63,581 bases of DNA, filler included, from Sluysia triapertura (GCA_046118255.1; 5 parts of 5 records of this genome joined end to end with filler, not necessarily neighbours in it); one strand, 5' to 3'. Numbered from the whole stretch's first letter, positions 37,344 to 52,347 are shown. Numbers and translations are program-made. Notes: generated by a model not told the origin, from the sequence alone.

Positions 37344-39739
37344 TATTATTATTATTATACATTTTATTAATATTGTTTTATTTACATCTAATTGATTTTT
37401 GATTGATGTCTGTTAATGACTGGATATTATTATTATTAGTTTTCTTTTGAATTTATGTTAGGGTCAGTTGATTTATTATTTGTAACATTAATAAGCACAT
37501 CGATTCGATGTATTTTATTGGTTCTTTTAATTAATGCTTTTTATCATGTTTTATTAATTTCAATCCAATCAAATTCATTTTCAGTATTAATTGTTAAATT
37601 TTTAAGCTTTAACTTTATGTTAAAAGTATAATTGTTTTATATTTTTTAAATTTATTAAACTTGGCACATTATCTATCGTAAAATATGTATCATTTTCATG
37701 TTTTGTTTTTTGAAATCCAAAATTCAAAGCAGGAAAAATAACAAAATTTTTTTCTTATTTTATTCTTTATAATTTCCTATTATTATATTTATCTGTTTAA
37801 TTCTTTCTTTCTAAATCATAATAAATTTGATTTCAATTTCGTTTATTAATGTTTTGAATTTGGCTTATGTTAAAGAAAAATTTTGATTGCCAACTGATCA
37901 TTTTGGGTTAATGTGTTCATTAAATAACTATATGATAGAAATTTTATTAATAAATTGTATATTTCATTTTATATTCGTGAATAATATATTGCATATTTTT
38001 AATGTTTTTATAGAGTTAATTAGTATTTTCATAGATTTTTGAATGTAATTTTAATTTTAAAATTTAAAGTCTACAAATGATAAATAAACCGGATGAAATT
38101 TCCAAATTTAAATATGTAATTAGTATTTGATTTTATAAATTTGATTATTTCTCTTTTGTGGGGATCAGCTCTAATATTATAGAGCTTTTAATTATCATTA
38201 AAATATTTTTAATCATGAAATATAATATGAATTTTTACGCTAATGGTATTCATATTCATTTAATTTCACAATTAAAGAATTACTTCTAAACGTTATGCTC
38301 TTGTATTTAATCTAAACATTTAAATATAAGGTTTATTTTAACAAAATAAGCGTAGGAATTATAGAAAATAGTAAACTAATACTCTACAAAACAATGAATT
38401 AAAATCATTGATTTCATTGGGGTTTTTAAGAGTAATGTTATATTCTAAAAATTTAGTTGGGTAATATTAAATTATCAGCTTTTATATTTTTATAACGCAA
38501 TTAAATGTCTGAAGCTCGATATATTCTAAACCTTGGGAAAAAGTATATAACAATGTAAACATCAGTTATAATACTCAATTCCGAGCGTGACAACACATAT
38601 AAATGTTAGTACCTGAACAACCATAAATAATTAAGTCCATACTAACTACGAATTAATTTATCTTTTTGCCTTAGTCAGATTACTAACGAAACATAAGACT
38701 CAATCAATATTTATCACTATTCTTACAGCAGAAGAAATGATCAAGTATTGCAATAATTTTTTGTATTATATGATAGCAAAAATGTGGTTATTTAATAATA
38801 ATTGCTAGAAAATCTGGAATTCATCATAATTATTGCACGTGTCGGCAACGCATACCTACTTCAAAGAATCGGTTTTATGTTGACAGAATTTAACAGTCAA
38901 ATTTGATCATTAATTTCCCACTTATTGTCATCTAGCAGGTATCTATAGATAATGATTTTTTTGAATAACTGTTGGGGATTATATTTAACGTTAGTTATTC
39001 TAAGTATCTTAAATGCTTGAATTTCTTATCCTAATTATTTAACAAAATGACAAAGTATAGCGCTAAATTTCTTTTTATTTAAAATTTAAACTTAGAAATC
39101 GTATATAAATAAAGAACTAAATAATAATAACAATGATAAAATGAAAATGATAAAACTAAGTAATGAGAAATTAAATGTGTAATTCAATAATGATGAAATA
39201 ACAAAAAGAATATGGGGATCTCCATTTCCCTTTAACCTAAAATATAAACATAAAGCTAGTGAGGGAATTTGCCTATTAGTTACCTACTAGATAAAAATTA
39301 AGTAATATGTTTTCAATTCAATGTGAAAGAAAGTAATTAGATTGAATGCCTCCCAGAATTAGTCTAAACGTACTAAAATAATTTAAGTGCGATTTTTTTC
39401 AAAAGTTAAATTTAAATCTTCAATAAAACTAAGTGGGGCAGAATGGCCCCCAACAATTAAATCATCATTTAACAATAAAATAGATTGGGTAGAGAGGCCG
39501 AAAAAATAGTTTTTATTTATTTTTAAATAAGAATAAAAATAATCGAATAAATTATTACTACATCATGGATCTTCTATGTCATTTAGCGTGGACTATGGTA
39601 TTAATAAAATCTGCAAAATAATACTTGGAGATTTGTGTCAATTTGTTATTGCCTATTAATAATTGTGTTGTAAAAATTTTAATACTTTTGTTGGGATATA
39701 GTCCTAAGGTGTCATTTGGTATAGTTGACTCTAATAATC

Positions 39740-39810
39740 TAAAAATTGTTAGAGGGTAGAGCATCTAACTGCCCAGCGAGAGGTCCCAGATTCGATCCCT
39801 GGTCATTCCA
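39740..39810 (+). pseudogene. tRNA-Gly(GCC)-derived pseudogene or SINE head
   Basis: GGTAGA D-loop, CTGCCCA anticodon loop, GCGAGAGGTC, T-arm CCAGATTCGATCCCTGG and 3' TCATTCCA. Acceptor and anticodon stems are broken. Confidence 0.65.
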
Positions 39811-40323
39811 TTTCTAACACTTTCTCATTATTCATTCACTCTTGAATTCTACAATCAAACATTCTCTTACACAAATCATTTGAACCTCTTAGAAGGATTA
39901 TACCGACAATAGCAGCTAGGAAAATTACATAGTACAGCCTGTCAGACATCTAAGTACAGAACATAAAATTTGTTCAAGGATTTGTTGATATTGCCCAGTT
40001 AGTGTATGGATAATAGATTAAAAGGTAATAGAATTTAAAATATATAAGAAAAATTGATATAAAATAGCTGGAATATGATAATATAAACTTAATTAAATGT
40101 TCGGTTTTATGTCTATACGAACAATTATAAAAAGAAATTTATAAAGTTGGGTCCGCCTACGTTAAACGCTTTATCTTAACTGGAAGGACATTTACGTAGG
40201 ATTTAAAAATACTCAAAGCTAAAGGTCAAGAAACTCTTTTATCTATGTAATATTAGTAGTTATTTTACTCAACAAATATGTTCCTAATTCTTTATTTTCT
40301 TAACGCTTTTACTTTAATTAATT

Positions 40324-40423
40324 NNNNNNNNNNNNNNNNNNNNNNNNNNNNNNNNNNNNNNNNNNNNTTAATTAATTAANNNNNNNNNNNNNNNNNNNNN
40401 NNNNNNNNNNNNNNNNNNNNNNN
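40324..40423. other. Artificial contig spacer
   Basis: Same 100-nt linker. Confidence 0.97.
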
Positions 40424-41148
40424 ATAATATTATAATATTTTATAGTATTATAATATTTTTTTTAAGTATTATATGTGCCGGCTGGTAGCGAACGAGTTAA
40501 TAAGATGTTAAATTTAAATATTTTTAGTATTATTACTCTAATCCAAATATTATTCCAACAAATTAAACTTATATTTAAGTATCAAAATTATTATCAACAA
40601 AAAAAATTTCAATTTCAAATTTCAATTTCAAAAATTTCACCTATTCTCGGCAAATACTTAACAGCGAATAATTAATACCAAATATCAAATGTACCTTCAG
40701 AGCGAATCGTCTCTTTATATATGTTTTTGAAGTAATAATCGTTATCTTTTTTTCAACAAAATGATAAGCTTTCTATTATTTATTATTTTTCCTATTATAA
40801 TTTAGTTAACATAATAACTTTCCTATTATCAACGAACGTAATAGTCTTGCATTATAGAATAACAATCATTGTTTGTTTTTGAATAATAAAGTATTATGTT
40901 ATCATTAACACAATATATGATAACAATACAATTGTAGAATAATTTTAATAATTTACGTTGATTTGCATTTAGTTACAAATTATTTTGTATTTCACATTAT
41001 TCTACTTTTAATATTTATTTTTTTAAATTTTAATAGTTTAATTATTTTATCTTTACATTAACATTCTATTAATTTTATATTAACATTAGCAATTCAATTA
41101 TTTTTACATTTTATGAACTTAATTTTTATATTTTAATTCTTATATTTA

Positions 41149-41197
<49 letters not shown>

Positions 41198-44100
41198 TGT
41201 AAATAATATAAATAATAATATTGCAACGTAATAGTATTATAAATAAATCTCCCTCTGTATGTATGGAATGTAATATAATAGTTTCTAAGTCTGTCTGTAT
41301 GTTTTGAAGAAATTTTTTTATACCATTCAAATGTATATATTAAGTTCGTATAGAAAATAACCTATAATAAAGAAAATAAGTGGTCAACTGGTAAGTACTA
41401 AGAAATTAGTATATAAGGAGGAGTCTTATTATTTACTTCTTAATTATAATTTGTCTACGACTGATAATTTACGACTAATTTTGCAATTTTGATAAATTGA
41501 AATGCATTTTGATTTGTAATCGTTATATCCCAACGTAATAAAATCTTCATTGTGTTTTAATTAGAAGTTAAATTAAAATATCCAAGATTTTTCATCTAAA
41601 GAAAATTCTCGTTTGATCTATTGTATTATTTTGTCATTATACATATAATTTTATTATTAAAAATAAATCTTAATTAATTATAGTTTATTTTCATTAAAGA
41701 CTAAAAAGGGAGGATGAGTATTATTAAATTAAAAGCTAAGTTTGAAAGTGAGATAGTAACGAAGATAATAATTAATAGAAATCAAAGAAGAATTAGTATA
41801 AAATATTTCAGATTCAATAAACAATGATTATAATATAAATAAAAGACTAGCATAAATAATAGATTTTAATGACTTTACCAATAACCAACTTTATAAGAAT
41901 TATTTATTTGTTGCATTCATCGATTGTATCGAAGCGGATATATATATTTAGTGAATTCCGTTACAGTAATCTAATAACTGACTTTCTGATTAAGGTTATA
42001 ATTTTATAATTAATTATAAAATTGTAAAATTATAATTAATGAAATTTAAATTTTGGTTTAAACGATATTAAAATTTTTTTGTTCTTTATTATTGAAATTT
42101 TCGTTTTGTTCATGTATACATTTTATCATTAATAAAATTTAGTGAGTTACTTCATTTTATTCACGTGAGACTGAAAAGAGTTTAAATTGAAATAGAGACT
42201 AAATTTTGACGCACTTTTATGCCTTACATCAGATACGAGTAAAACTCAGATTTCCAGATACCTTAAGGATAAAATTTTGAATTATAGTTGATATTTCGAA
42301 GTAAGGAGCTAATAATCTAAAGCGATATTATCAAACGAATAATTTTTCTTAATGAATCTCGAATAATATTAATGTGAGTAGTAATCAACAAAAGCCTAAC
42401 AGTTTAATATCTTATAATTTCTCAGGCACATTTAAGTAGAGTGAAATTATTGCATTATTATTATCGTCATTGGAGGTGAATTTTGGAGGTAGAAATTCAA
42501 GTTCGCTATTTCTTCCCTGGAAATGATTAAAGAAATTTCACGTAACTTGTATTAAAAAATCATTGTTAAAATAGTTTGTTTAAATTAATTAAAAACATGA
42601 ACAAAATTAATTAAATAAATTTTAACTTTAAATGGACATTGTATCTATTAAAATAATATGTAGAATTAGTCATTGGTTTTGGAAAATAGTGACAAAACGT
42701 TGAAATACCATTTTTTTCTTTTAAATACAAGGTTATAGCTACGTTAGTTATCAAGTAACAGACTTCAATTTTTCTTTATTTCTCTAATGACGATATCTGA
42801 TTGTGATATTTTATAGTTACATCATTGCATAAACAATTGATTTTTTAATTGATAATAATAACAATAACAAAAATAATAATTATGATAGTAATAAAAAATA
42901 ATAATAATGTTAATTAAATAGTAATAATATAAATATAATTTTTATGAAATATTACAAAAGAAATATTGATTTTAAAGAGCTACTAAATAAATAAATTGAT
43001 TTATAAGTAAGAAATCAGCATCATAAGTGATTATAAAACATGTAAATAGAAATTGTTTTTATTTTATTTTCCGGATTATAAACATACGCGGAATTTTATT
43101 AGATCAAAGATACTGAAATAATCTAAAAATTAAATAATACAATAGTTTTAATTCAAATTTGGAAATATTTGATAAATTATTACTTACATATACTGACATT
43201 GTGAGGCACTTATTTTTCCAAAGTAACTGATAGTATTTTCTCTAAATTATTATTATTTGATAATTTGGAAATATTTTCTAATAAATATCTTGAATAAATT
43301 TATCAATATTTTCAATTTATTTATTCTACTCAACAAGAAAGAAAAATAATGACTAAAAATGACGACGGTTACCTTTTAGTTTAACTTTAGTAAATACTTT
43401 CAAAATATTGTGTGACACTTCAGAATATTTAAGATATTTTTTGATACTCATTTGGCAATTTAATAAAGTATTTTATAAAATAAAGTGTTATTAAAATATT
43501 TTTTAATTACATTGTCTAAAAAATTTTTACATGCATTAAAATAACTCATACTTGTATAAATTTATCATAAAACTTTTGTTAAAAACAAAAAATAATGCGT
43601 AATATAATAGAAAAATAATTTTCAAGTAGAAAATTTTCTGGACTGAGAAGATTCGACATATACTATTTGACAATTGTTAGACTTGGAATCAGTAAATAAA
43701 ACATGATTTTTAATGTCATTGGTGAATTTATTACTTGGATTTGTCAAATCGTTCAAGGTTACTTAAGAAATCAGTTTAAACATAAAGTTAAAAGTCAAAT
43801 AAACAGTTATAATGTCAGTATTTGTTATTATTAAGCACCTCTATGATTTCACTAAAATATTTCGAAATAAAATTTAATTATCTTCCAGTTAGCTCTTATT
43901 GTAGTTAGTTCGCATCATTTCTGATTTCATATAACATCAATTTTAAATAGTCACCTCTCTATTTAAATAATATTTCGAGTATGCTCTACCATCAGGTAAG
44001 TTTTGTAAAAATCAACAAAGATTTGGATAGAATGTTACAAAATTTAGTAAATATAATGATATGTAACAACGATGTAACAAAAATAATGTCAACGATAATC

Positions 44101-46681
44101 CTCAACATATTTTAGTTAAAAACTATGAGATTTGTGTTTTATGCGCATTGTTTGATATTTATTGCAAGATTGTGTTGAAGTTTGTTTAAAATTTTATTTA
44201 TAAGGAATTTGTGTTTGCTTGCGATTTGTTTACAATATGAGTGTTTTAGTCCTGAGTTCACTCTTTTGTCTTTTTGAACTTTATATACACTTCATTAATT
44301 TCATTATTATCATTTCATTATTATTATCCTTGTCAATTTCAGTAATTTCTTCATTATATAAATAAGCTTTTTTATCATTGCTTGTAGTTTTACTTGTACT
44401 TCTTCAATTTCTTGAACTTAAAGTTGATCATGCAGTTTCGATATTCTTGTTTGCTAACGTATTTTATCTTCTAAAGAAGATTTAAAATTAACGGTTACTT
44501 AATTTTTTCTGAAATATCTTTTTATTGTCGTTTTTTGAGTCGCTATCTTTTAATTCGCTTTCTAAACTCTGATGGTTCCGTCGACGATTCAGTGTAATAT
44601 AAAATTCCTAAAAAATAAGATATTTACAATTTTAATAATTTACAGAACCATTTAACTTTTAAAAAATTTCGTTATTACGTTAATTTGTTCTTTTATAATT
44701 AGTTTAAGTTTAAACGATTTTATGTGTTGAACTGTTTAAATGTTTGTTTAGTTATAATATATTGTATTATGTTAAGGTTGTTGATAACATTTTGTGTACA
44801 GTTGTACCACCATAGTAATCACAAAATTCATCATCAAAAACATCATCAAATAAAAACACTCACCGTATTATTTACATTTTCGACTTTATTTGTCGTTTGT
44901 AAATAATATAAAAAATAATTAATAAATAAAAATATTTGAAATGTTTCCAATTATTAAATTATGTCCTGTATGTGTCGTCCTTGAATTTTTTGTGCTGCTT
45001 CGTACAAACAAGTAATATTGTGAAATTTAAAAAATGTGGTTGCAGGTTATAAGTTGGGTTTAATAAGTGTTATGGTTTAATCAATCTCACATGTCAATTC
45101 AATTTTAATCTATAACTCTTATAAAAATATGTACTCATGTACTTTCAATTTCTTAATAAATTTTCGATCTGTACTCTGCGAAAATTTAAAAACTCTATCT
45201 ATATATCTTCATTCCTTGTATCATTGTTATGAATAGTGGTTCTGTGTATTCGTACTTTGTAAAATTAGAAACTGGCAATTATTAATCTGATGAATATTTT
45301 ACTTTTTTTTACTTTGAATATTTCTATAATATATTAATTTTAATTTATCAAATATCTTATTTAAACCTATTTCTCAATCACTTAGTGCTCACTTTATAAT
45401 AAATTAAACAAACAAACAATAATTTTATTTAAAGGTTAACAAATAAATGTATAAATAAATATTATATTCATTCGATTTTGAATACAGGTTAATTAATTAA
45501 GTTAATTTGAGCTCAGATTAAATAAATTACCTCACGTTTATGGAACAATGAGATTTGATTGTTTGGTTCTAGAAAATCAATAGTGGCGTTCAACGATTTC
45601 TCTAAAGACTAATCCTTGAATGATAAAATAGTATCTTATGAATATCGTACCCCGAGAAATTATTGCGACCAAGCGGTTGTATTTTTTTGTTTATGTTGTA
45701 GTATTTTCTTGCGAATAATCGATATTTATATCGGTTTATTTTAATTCCACTAAGTGTTATTCACTAATTTAATTTTTTCAAATAAAATTATTAAAATATA
45801 CACTTGATCTCAGCCAAAATCCATATTAATATTTGATAATTTTATCACGACTTATTTACGTTAACACATTATAATATATTTAATTATTTATAGAATATTC
45901 ATTATGTTTTATTATTTAGTTTCAGTTACATAAAATAGAACTTATTTAATCTCAACCAAATTCCATATTAACATACAAAATATTATGAATTAAAAAATTT
46001 TACTGTTAATCGTTTTATTATTTTCATTTAGGCAAGATTACTTTAATACAAAATTTTTATTATTAATTATTTTTACGTTTTAAGTTTGGCTCACTATTTT
46101 AATTTATTACATTCTTAATATCATCTAATCACATAAAATTTTAATACACCACAATACACTAAAAATCATACTTTTACAACATCTAAACCATTCATAACGT
46201 CAAAAATCATTAAATCTCAAAGTAATTGTAATTTAAATGGAATTTCTTTTAACACCTTTAACATCATTAATTTCCTATTACAACTCTCTTTCATACTTTT
46301 TTATATCTTTCCTTTTCCCACACACTTCCGCTCAATTCAACTAACAAACTGTATTGGAATAAGAAAGACAAACTCTTCACTTAGTCGTACATCTAAGGAT
46401 GTTTTAAATATTGAACAGTTTTCGACTATCAAAGATGTGAATTTAGAATAAGATACAATTTTTTTTGTTCGAAAACATCTGTATTTAAGCTGTGAGCATT
46501 TTTTAAAGATCATAGTAAAGAAGAAACATATATTTCTAGATAAAGATATATATTAAATGTGCATCTTTATTTTTATTTATCTTTATTATTATTAATATTA
46601 ATTATTAATTTTAATTATTATTATTAATTATTATTATTAGTATTTCAATTAAACAATTTTATCTTTTTATTATTATTACAA

Positions 46682-46712
<31 letters not shown>

Positions 46713-47050
46713 ATTATTATTATCATTAATAAGCCGTCATTTTAATTGTTATGCTGAATTGGTTGACTGTCACGAAACGACTATTTAATTGTGTGCTTAT
46801 TGTTGCTGGCCGATTTTTGATCGATACGTACTGGTCCAGATTTTGTGATGTTGTGTTTGCAAAATTAATTGACCAATGAAGTTTTGTAAATTGTTCATTA
46901 AAAACAATACTCAATTAAATCATTCACAATATTATACAATTTTCAACATGATATTTTAATCAGAATATCATTCACCTCCATTCATTTTTTATTCACAATT
47001 TGTAGTTCATATCGCTAGAATTTTTATCTGGAACTGAACCAAAACGTTTT

Positions 47051-48401
47051 ATGATAAATAATCAACATATAAGTTCAACTCAAATCGACATAGTTACTGA
47101 AGTCAATGAAATTATCAGTCCTAAAGTCGCGTCAGCTGGTAAAATTCTCATTGTCAATTCTAATAAAAACGTCACTTCGACGAATATTAATATTGATAGA
47201 ACAAACTTTCTAAAACCTGTTACACCTTGTATTCATCATAGTATTAATTCAAGACCAATGATAATATCGAAAATGTGGCATCAAATTTATGATCTAAGAA
47301 ATCAAATTGGAAATTTAAAATTCATCAAGTGCATGTATGTAGACATCTCGGTTATTATTAATATCGATAACAATTCCTTTAATTTACAGAAGCTATTTTA
47401 CAAATTGATCATTCACAAAACGGTCGAATCAAAAGCAAGATCATGTGAAGTACAAAAGTTATTAGATAATAAAATTTACATTATTTACAAATTATGCTTT
47501 TATTTAAACAAACAAACTGATGATTTTAGCGAACTACTAAAAGTACAACTCAAGATAGGTAACAAAGTTCGAAATGTTCGATTATTACAAGATGAACTCA
47601 ACAATGAACAGAAGACATTATGTCAATTGGCACTTATCGAGAACGATAATAAAATTTTAATAATTAAAGTTATTCATTCATGTTATTATCAAGCAGCGAT
47701 GAAGTTTTCAAACGAGTCGATCCTTACGCAACAATAAAGTTTTATAATATCATGGATACTGCGAGACTTATGAAGAAAGACGAAGTTATAAAATTGTTTT
47801 TTTTAATATTAATAAAACAGTATTGTATTCGTAATATAAAATTGATAGTAGATAAAAGTCCTTCTGTCCTATTAATGAAAAGATGTCATCTTAAAGAATT
47901 TATCATAAGCACAAAGAATTTGATTGAGAAAATTATTGTTATCGATAATATTTTACATTTTACATTTTAATATTAAGGCAGAATTATGTTAATAAGTGTT
48001 TTAAGAAGAATGTTATTTTAATCAATATTACAATTTATTTGAAATTTTTCTATTTAACATTAAGTGGTGTTTAAAACAAAAAAATTTATTTTTCCATAAA
48101 TCTCATATATCTCAGGAAGAGTTTTAGTAAGAATAATATTCTCAATTTATATTACTATTATATCTCTAAATTCATATGAATTCCTGAAACACCATTCATT
48201 TATAACAACATTATCAATTGCAAAACACAAAAACCAATTCATATATACAGCAATTCGTTATCTCAAATCGTCAGAACCAATTCGATTGAGTATTTATTCC
48301 CTACCAGATTCGAACGAACTCTTTTACGGACATCACGATACTTCGAAAGTTGTTATCTGTAAACAAACATTCATTGAACTTAATTCAAGTACGAAATTTT
48401 G
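47051..48401 (+). pseudogene. Decayed gene of unknown family
   Basis: A 228-codon ORF overlaps a shifted 96-codon ORF, and a further open stretch at about 48130-48401 reads EFLKHHSFITTLSIAK...ELNSSTKF*. Confidence 0.5.
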
Positions 48402-50037
48402 ATTTTATTTACTATTTATTCTTATTTGATTTTATCAGTGTTTTTTATTTATTCTCTGTCTTAAATTTCATATTAATAAATATCTTATATGTTATCCTGA
48501 CTGTTTGATTTTAAATAAGTCATTTTTATTTCAAAAGTTACGATTTAAATCTTAAGGATCATATATTAGTAATTAATAATGATGAGTTACATCCTTTTCA
48601 TAATAATCTAAAATATTTTGATAAACTTTATTTAAATAAATAAATTTTGTGAATTTAATAACATTATAAACCAACACCATACATACGATCTTATTCTAAT
48701 TTAACCTTTTAGTTCATCATATACTACTTCATTCGCGTACAGTCAAAATTCCTCATACAATCATTCATTATTCACATTTATTTCATAAAATTTTATAACC
48801 ATTTATTCATTTCTGTGCACCCCCATTTAATTTAACTTTTCTATTAGCAATATTAACATATTTTGGTAGAGATTAAATCAAAATTATGTTAAAGAAATTT
48901 ATTATTGTATAACCTGCTTTAAAAGTTCATAACTTATTTTCTAAAATTCGATTATAGAATTAGATATTTGAATTGTTAACATTATGTTAATAACATTCAA
49001 TTATAGCATAACATATTTTCAAACATTCGATAAGATATTAGCATTTTTTTGTTTACATTTGGCATGATAATATGCGTTGGGTTTGGGTTTAATTTAGATG
49101 ATTATGTGTTACGTTTTAATTTTAATTTAATCTTTAACGCTCATTCTTATAAAATTATCAAACTTAGGGACTTTTAATTTCACTTTCTCAATAGTTTTTT
49201 TATAAGTGCACTGTACATATTATTCTATAACTCTATAATATATCAATTCTAATTAGTTCATTATTCGTCTCTGCTGTTCGAAATGAAGATGCTCAACCCT
49301 TTCGGTACGATCGGTTCACATTTGTACCATCTAAAACCATAAGTCACTAAATCGTACTTAAGTTAATCAGCGATTGTTAGAACTGTACTACGCCGATATG
49401 ATACTAGTGTTTTCAGTAGATTTATACTTACATTTGGCAACACCAACAGTATTTATCTCGTATGAAGCATATTGTAGTTATTATTACAATGTTATACATT
49501 TATTTACAATTCCAAGTGCTTATCTAATCAGTACTTCTAATCAATTTGTTATATTATACAATTTATTACATATGTGGTACATACACTTACCATTTGTTAT
49601 ATTGAGTGGTACACATGAATACAAATAGTACTAAGGAAAATAAAGCATAATTAATCTTTACATTTGCTATATTTTTTAACATCAATTCTATGAAAAATGT
49701 GCTGACTCTTTTAGAATAAAAAAACATTACACATCTAAATTTAAACTGATATTTAAATACCGTCCTCAAAGGGTTAATCAATATAGATTATAATCTTAAC
49801 GTTTAAAACCCGAAATCTCAATCCCCTATAACTTACCTATGAATATAATTACAAAAGAATCAAAGTTTTATTCACTTCAACGATGGGGTCACTAATAAAA
49901 TTAAACATTAACTGAAAAAATTTCATTCAATTCCAAATTTTATGCAATTGAGGAATAAATCAAGATTGGCTTCCTACATTTTTTCAACAGAAAAGTCACA
50001 TTTCTCATTCTTCTTATTCTTATTCTTACTCTTATTA

Positions 50038-50079
<42 letters not shown>

Positions 50080-51286
50080 TTTAATTATTTAATTATTATT
50101 TAATTATTTTATTTCAATAATCATAATAATAATTATAATATTATTGCCATAGGTAAATGTTATTATAACTTTAATAAATTTAGTTCTGTTGTTGTTTTTG
50201 TTAAGTTATAATATTTGAAGTTTCGCATGTCATGTGCGTATTTATAATTTAAATTTATATTTAGATTTTTTAATTAAAATAATTTAAAATATTTCTGTGG
50301 ATATGAAAAAATTCATATATTGAAGTTCGTTGAATATCATGGTAATAAATTTGGAAATATTAGAGGAAGACATGCCAAAAAAAGAAATAAAGTTGTATTA
50401 GAAATAAAATTGATGAGGTTGGTGATAAAGCTTTGAAATTCGAATTTCGTTTACCATTTTTTGAATAATTTTGCTTGTAAATAAAATAGTCACATGAATT
50501 TTAAATATGATTTAAATAATTTTATGGTTCTCAAAATTACTTTTTTGTTTCTTAACTGAAAAGTAAAATTTTTTATTGTGCTAATACTGAGTATAAAATA
50601 GAGTTCTGATCTCAGTAATGTGTAATACAAACAATTCCAAGGGCATTCTATAAAATTCAATATAGTGATTCATATTCTCTTGGATGGTTTATACATTACT
50701 TGAAACGCCAATGAATTCATACTTTATATCTTATCATTGATATATTCATTATGATCATAAATCACAGGAAATCTTTCACATTTTAATTTTATATATCAAA
50801 TCACAGAAAACCTCTAATCAATAAAACCATTCACTATAAATATGTACTTATGACTCCCTAAATTGTAGCATTAAGCTATATCATGAGCATTCAAAAACGC
50901 TTGAATTCAACACATCATTGCCATATAATCACTTAATAACTGATTAAATGACTAACAGAATCTTTAATCGTAATCGATATAAATTACAAATTAATTCAAT
51001 AATTTACAGCGTTACTCATTTACGCATTTTGGTTTCAAGCCATTCAAATATAATATTCTTATAAACCACATTATACTTCAAACTACCATGCCTTTAGAAC
51101 TTCTAAGTATATTTTGCTCCTTACAAATAAAAAATTATTAAAACAATTATAATAAATTAAAATAATAAATTTATAATAGTAATTCTTTTATAATAAATGT
51201 TAATTATGATAAATAGTACTATAATAAAATTAATGGCATTAAATTGTATTATCTCACACTATTGTCATTTCATCTATTATTATTAT

Positions 51287-51360
51287 TGTTAGGTTGCCAT
51301 CACAACCCCACAAAATAACTCTAGGACAACATAATGATACTTTAAAATTAATTAAAATCA
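51287..51360 (-). repeat. Same repeat family, copy 3 (terminus only)
   Basis: TGTTAGGTTGCCATCACAACCC is the reverse complement of the copy 1 end. Confidence 0.7.
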
Positions 51361-51468
51361 CGAAACAATCATTTAAAATTATAAAAATTGTTGTGAGCAG
51401 GTTTATACCAATTTATACGTGTTGAGTTCATTAAGATTAATCCTATTTTGAATTTAATATATGAATTT

Positions 51469-51924
51469 TTATGTATGTTTTACAAATGTAGGCATAAGAG
51501 CTTCGTTTATGCTCAAGATGTAGATAGAATTTGAGGGCGTACAAGTAAGTTTACTGTAATAGATGGCCTTATAAATATATTCAATAAGAAAAATTATATA
51601 AATAAACTTAAGTTCAAGCTCATATAATGTAAGACCTAATGTCTTAACATATAATGTACTATATTTCATTCGTATTTCAAATCTCATTATTTTAGCGTAT
51701 GATGTTTCTTCCTTTTCGCTTATTACATTTACAAAGATTATTTTCACTTTTATGTAAGATATACGACAACTATGATGGTCATAAGTGCTGTATTTGGTTA
51801 ATTTTTTTGTCTTGAATTCATTTAATAACAACTGTTCCATTATCAATATGTTGTTACAAGATTCAGAAATAAATTTATTAATTACCTTTGAAAATTTAAA
51901 AATCATATTACAAAAATAAAACAA
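51469..51924 (-). other. Unassigned coding-like fragment
   Basis: 151-codon ORF, long for this AT content, next to a contig end. No motif recognised. Confidence 0.35.
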
Positions 51925-51987
51925 ATAAACATGTATTCGAGTTATAACTAAGACATTTGTGTCGTTTGACTTTTCGCATGCATCTCC

Positions 51988-52087
51988 NNNNNNNNNNNNN
52001 NNNNNNNNNNNNNNNNNNNNNNNNNNNNNNNTTAATTAATTAANNNNNNNNNNNNNNNNNNNNNNNNNNNNNNNNNNNNNNNNNNNN
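51988..52087. other. Artificial contig spacer
   Basis: Same 100-nt linker. Confidence 0.97.
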
Positions 52088-52347
52088 TGATAGTAAAGTT
52101 TTTAAAATCAAAATAAGAATTTGGAAAAGATTTAAGAATTACTTTACTTATGCATGTTATTATAAAACATACCATTTCTGTTTAAAGAGCTTAGTTAATC
52201 TTTGTGACTATGAATAATTTATATTTCCATCTCTAACATCGGAAACGAGTTCAATACAGGAACTAATTAGATTAATTAAATATATATAGACACATAATAA
52301 TAATAATAAAGTTAGTACTAATTCAGGTCAGTAATTCTCAAACAATG

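Noticed and set aside
42430-42530. Minus-strand LEFLPPKFTS resembling pogo FLPPNTTS
   Set aside because: The following QP.D motif is absent.
49760-49777. piggyBac-like right end CAAAGGG|TTAA (also GAACGAG|TTAA near 40500)
   Set aside because: No convincing partner end on the same contig.
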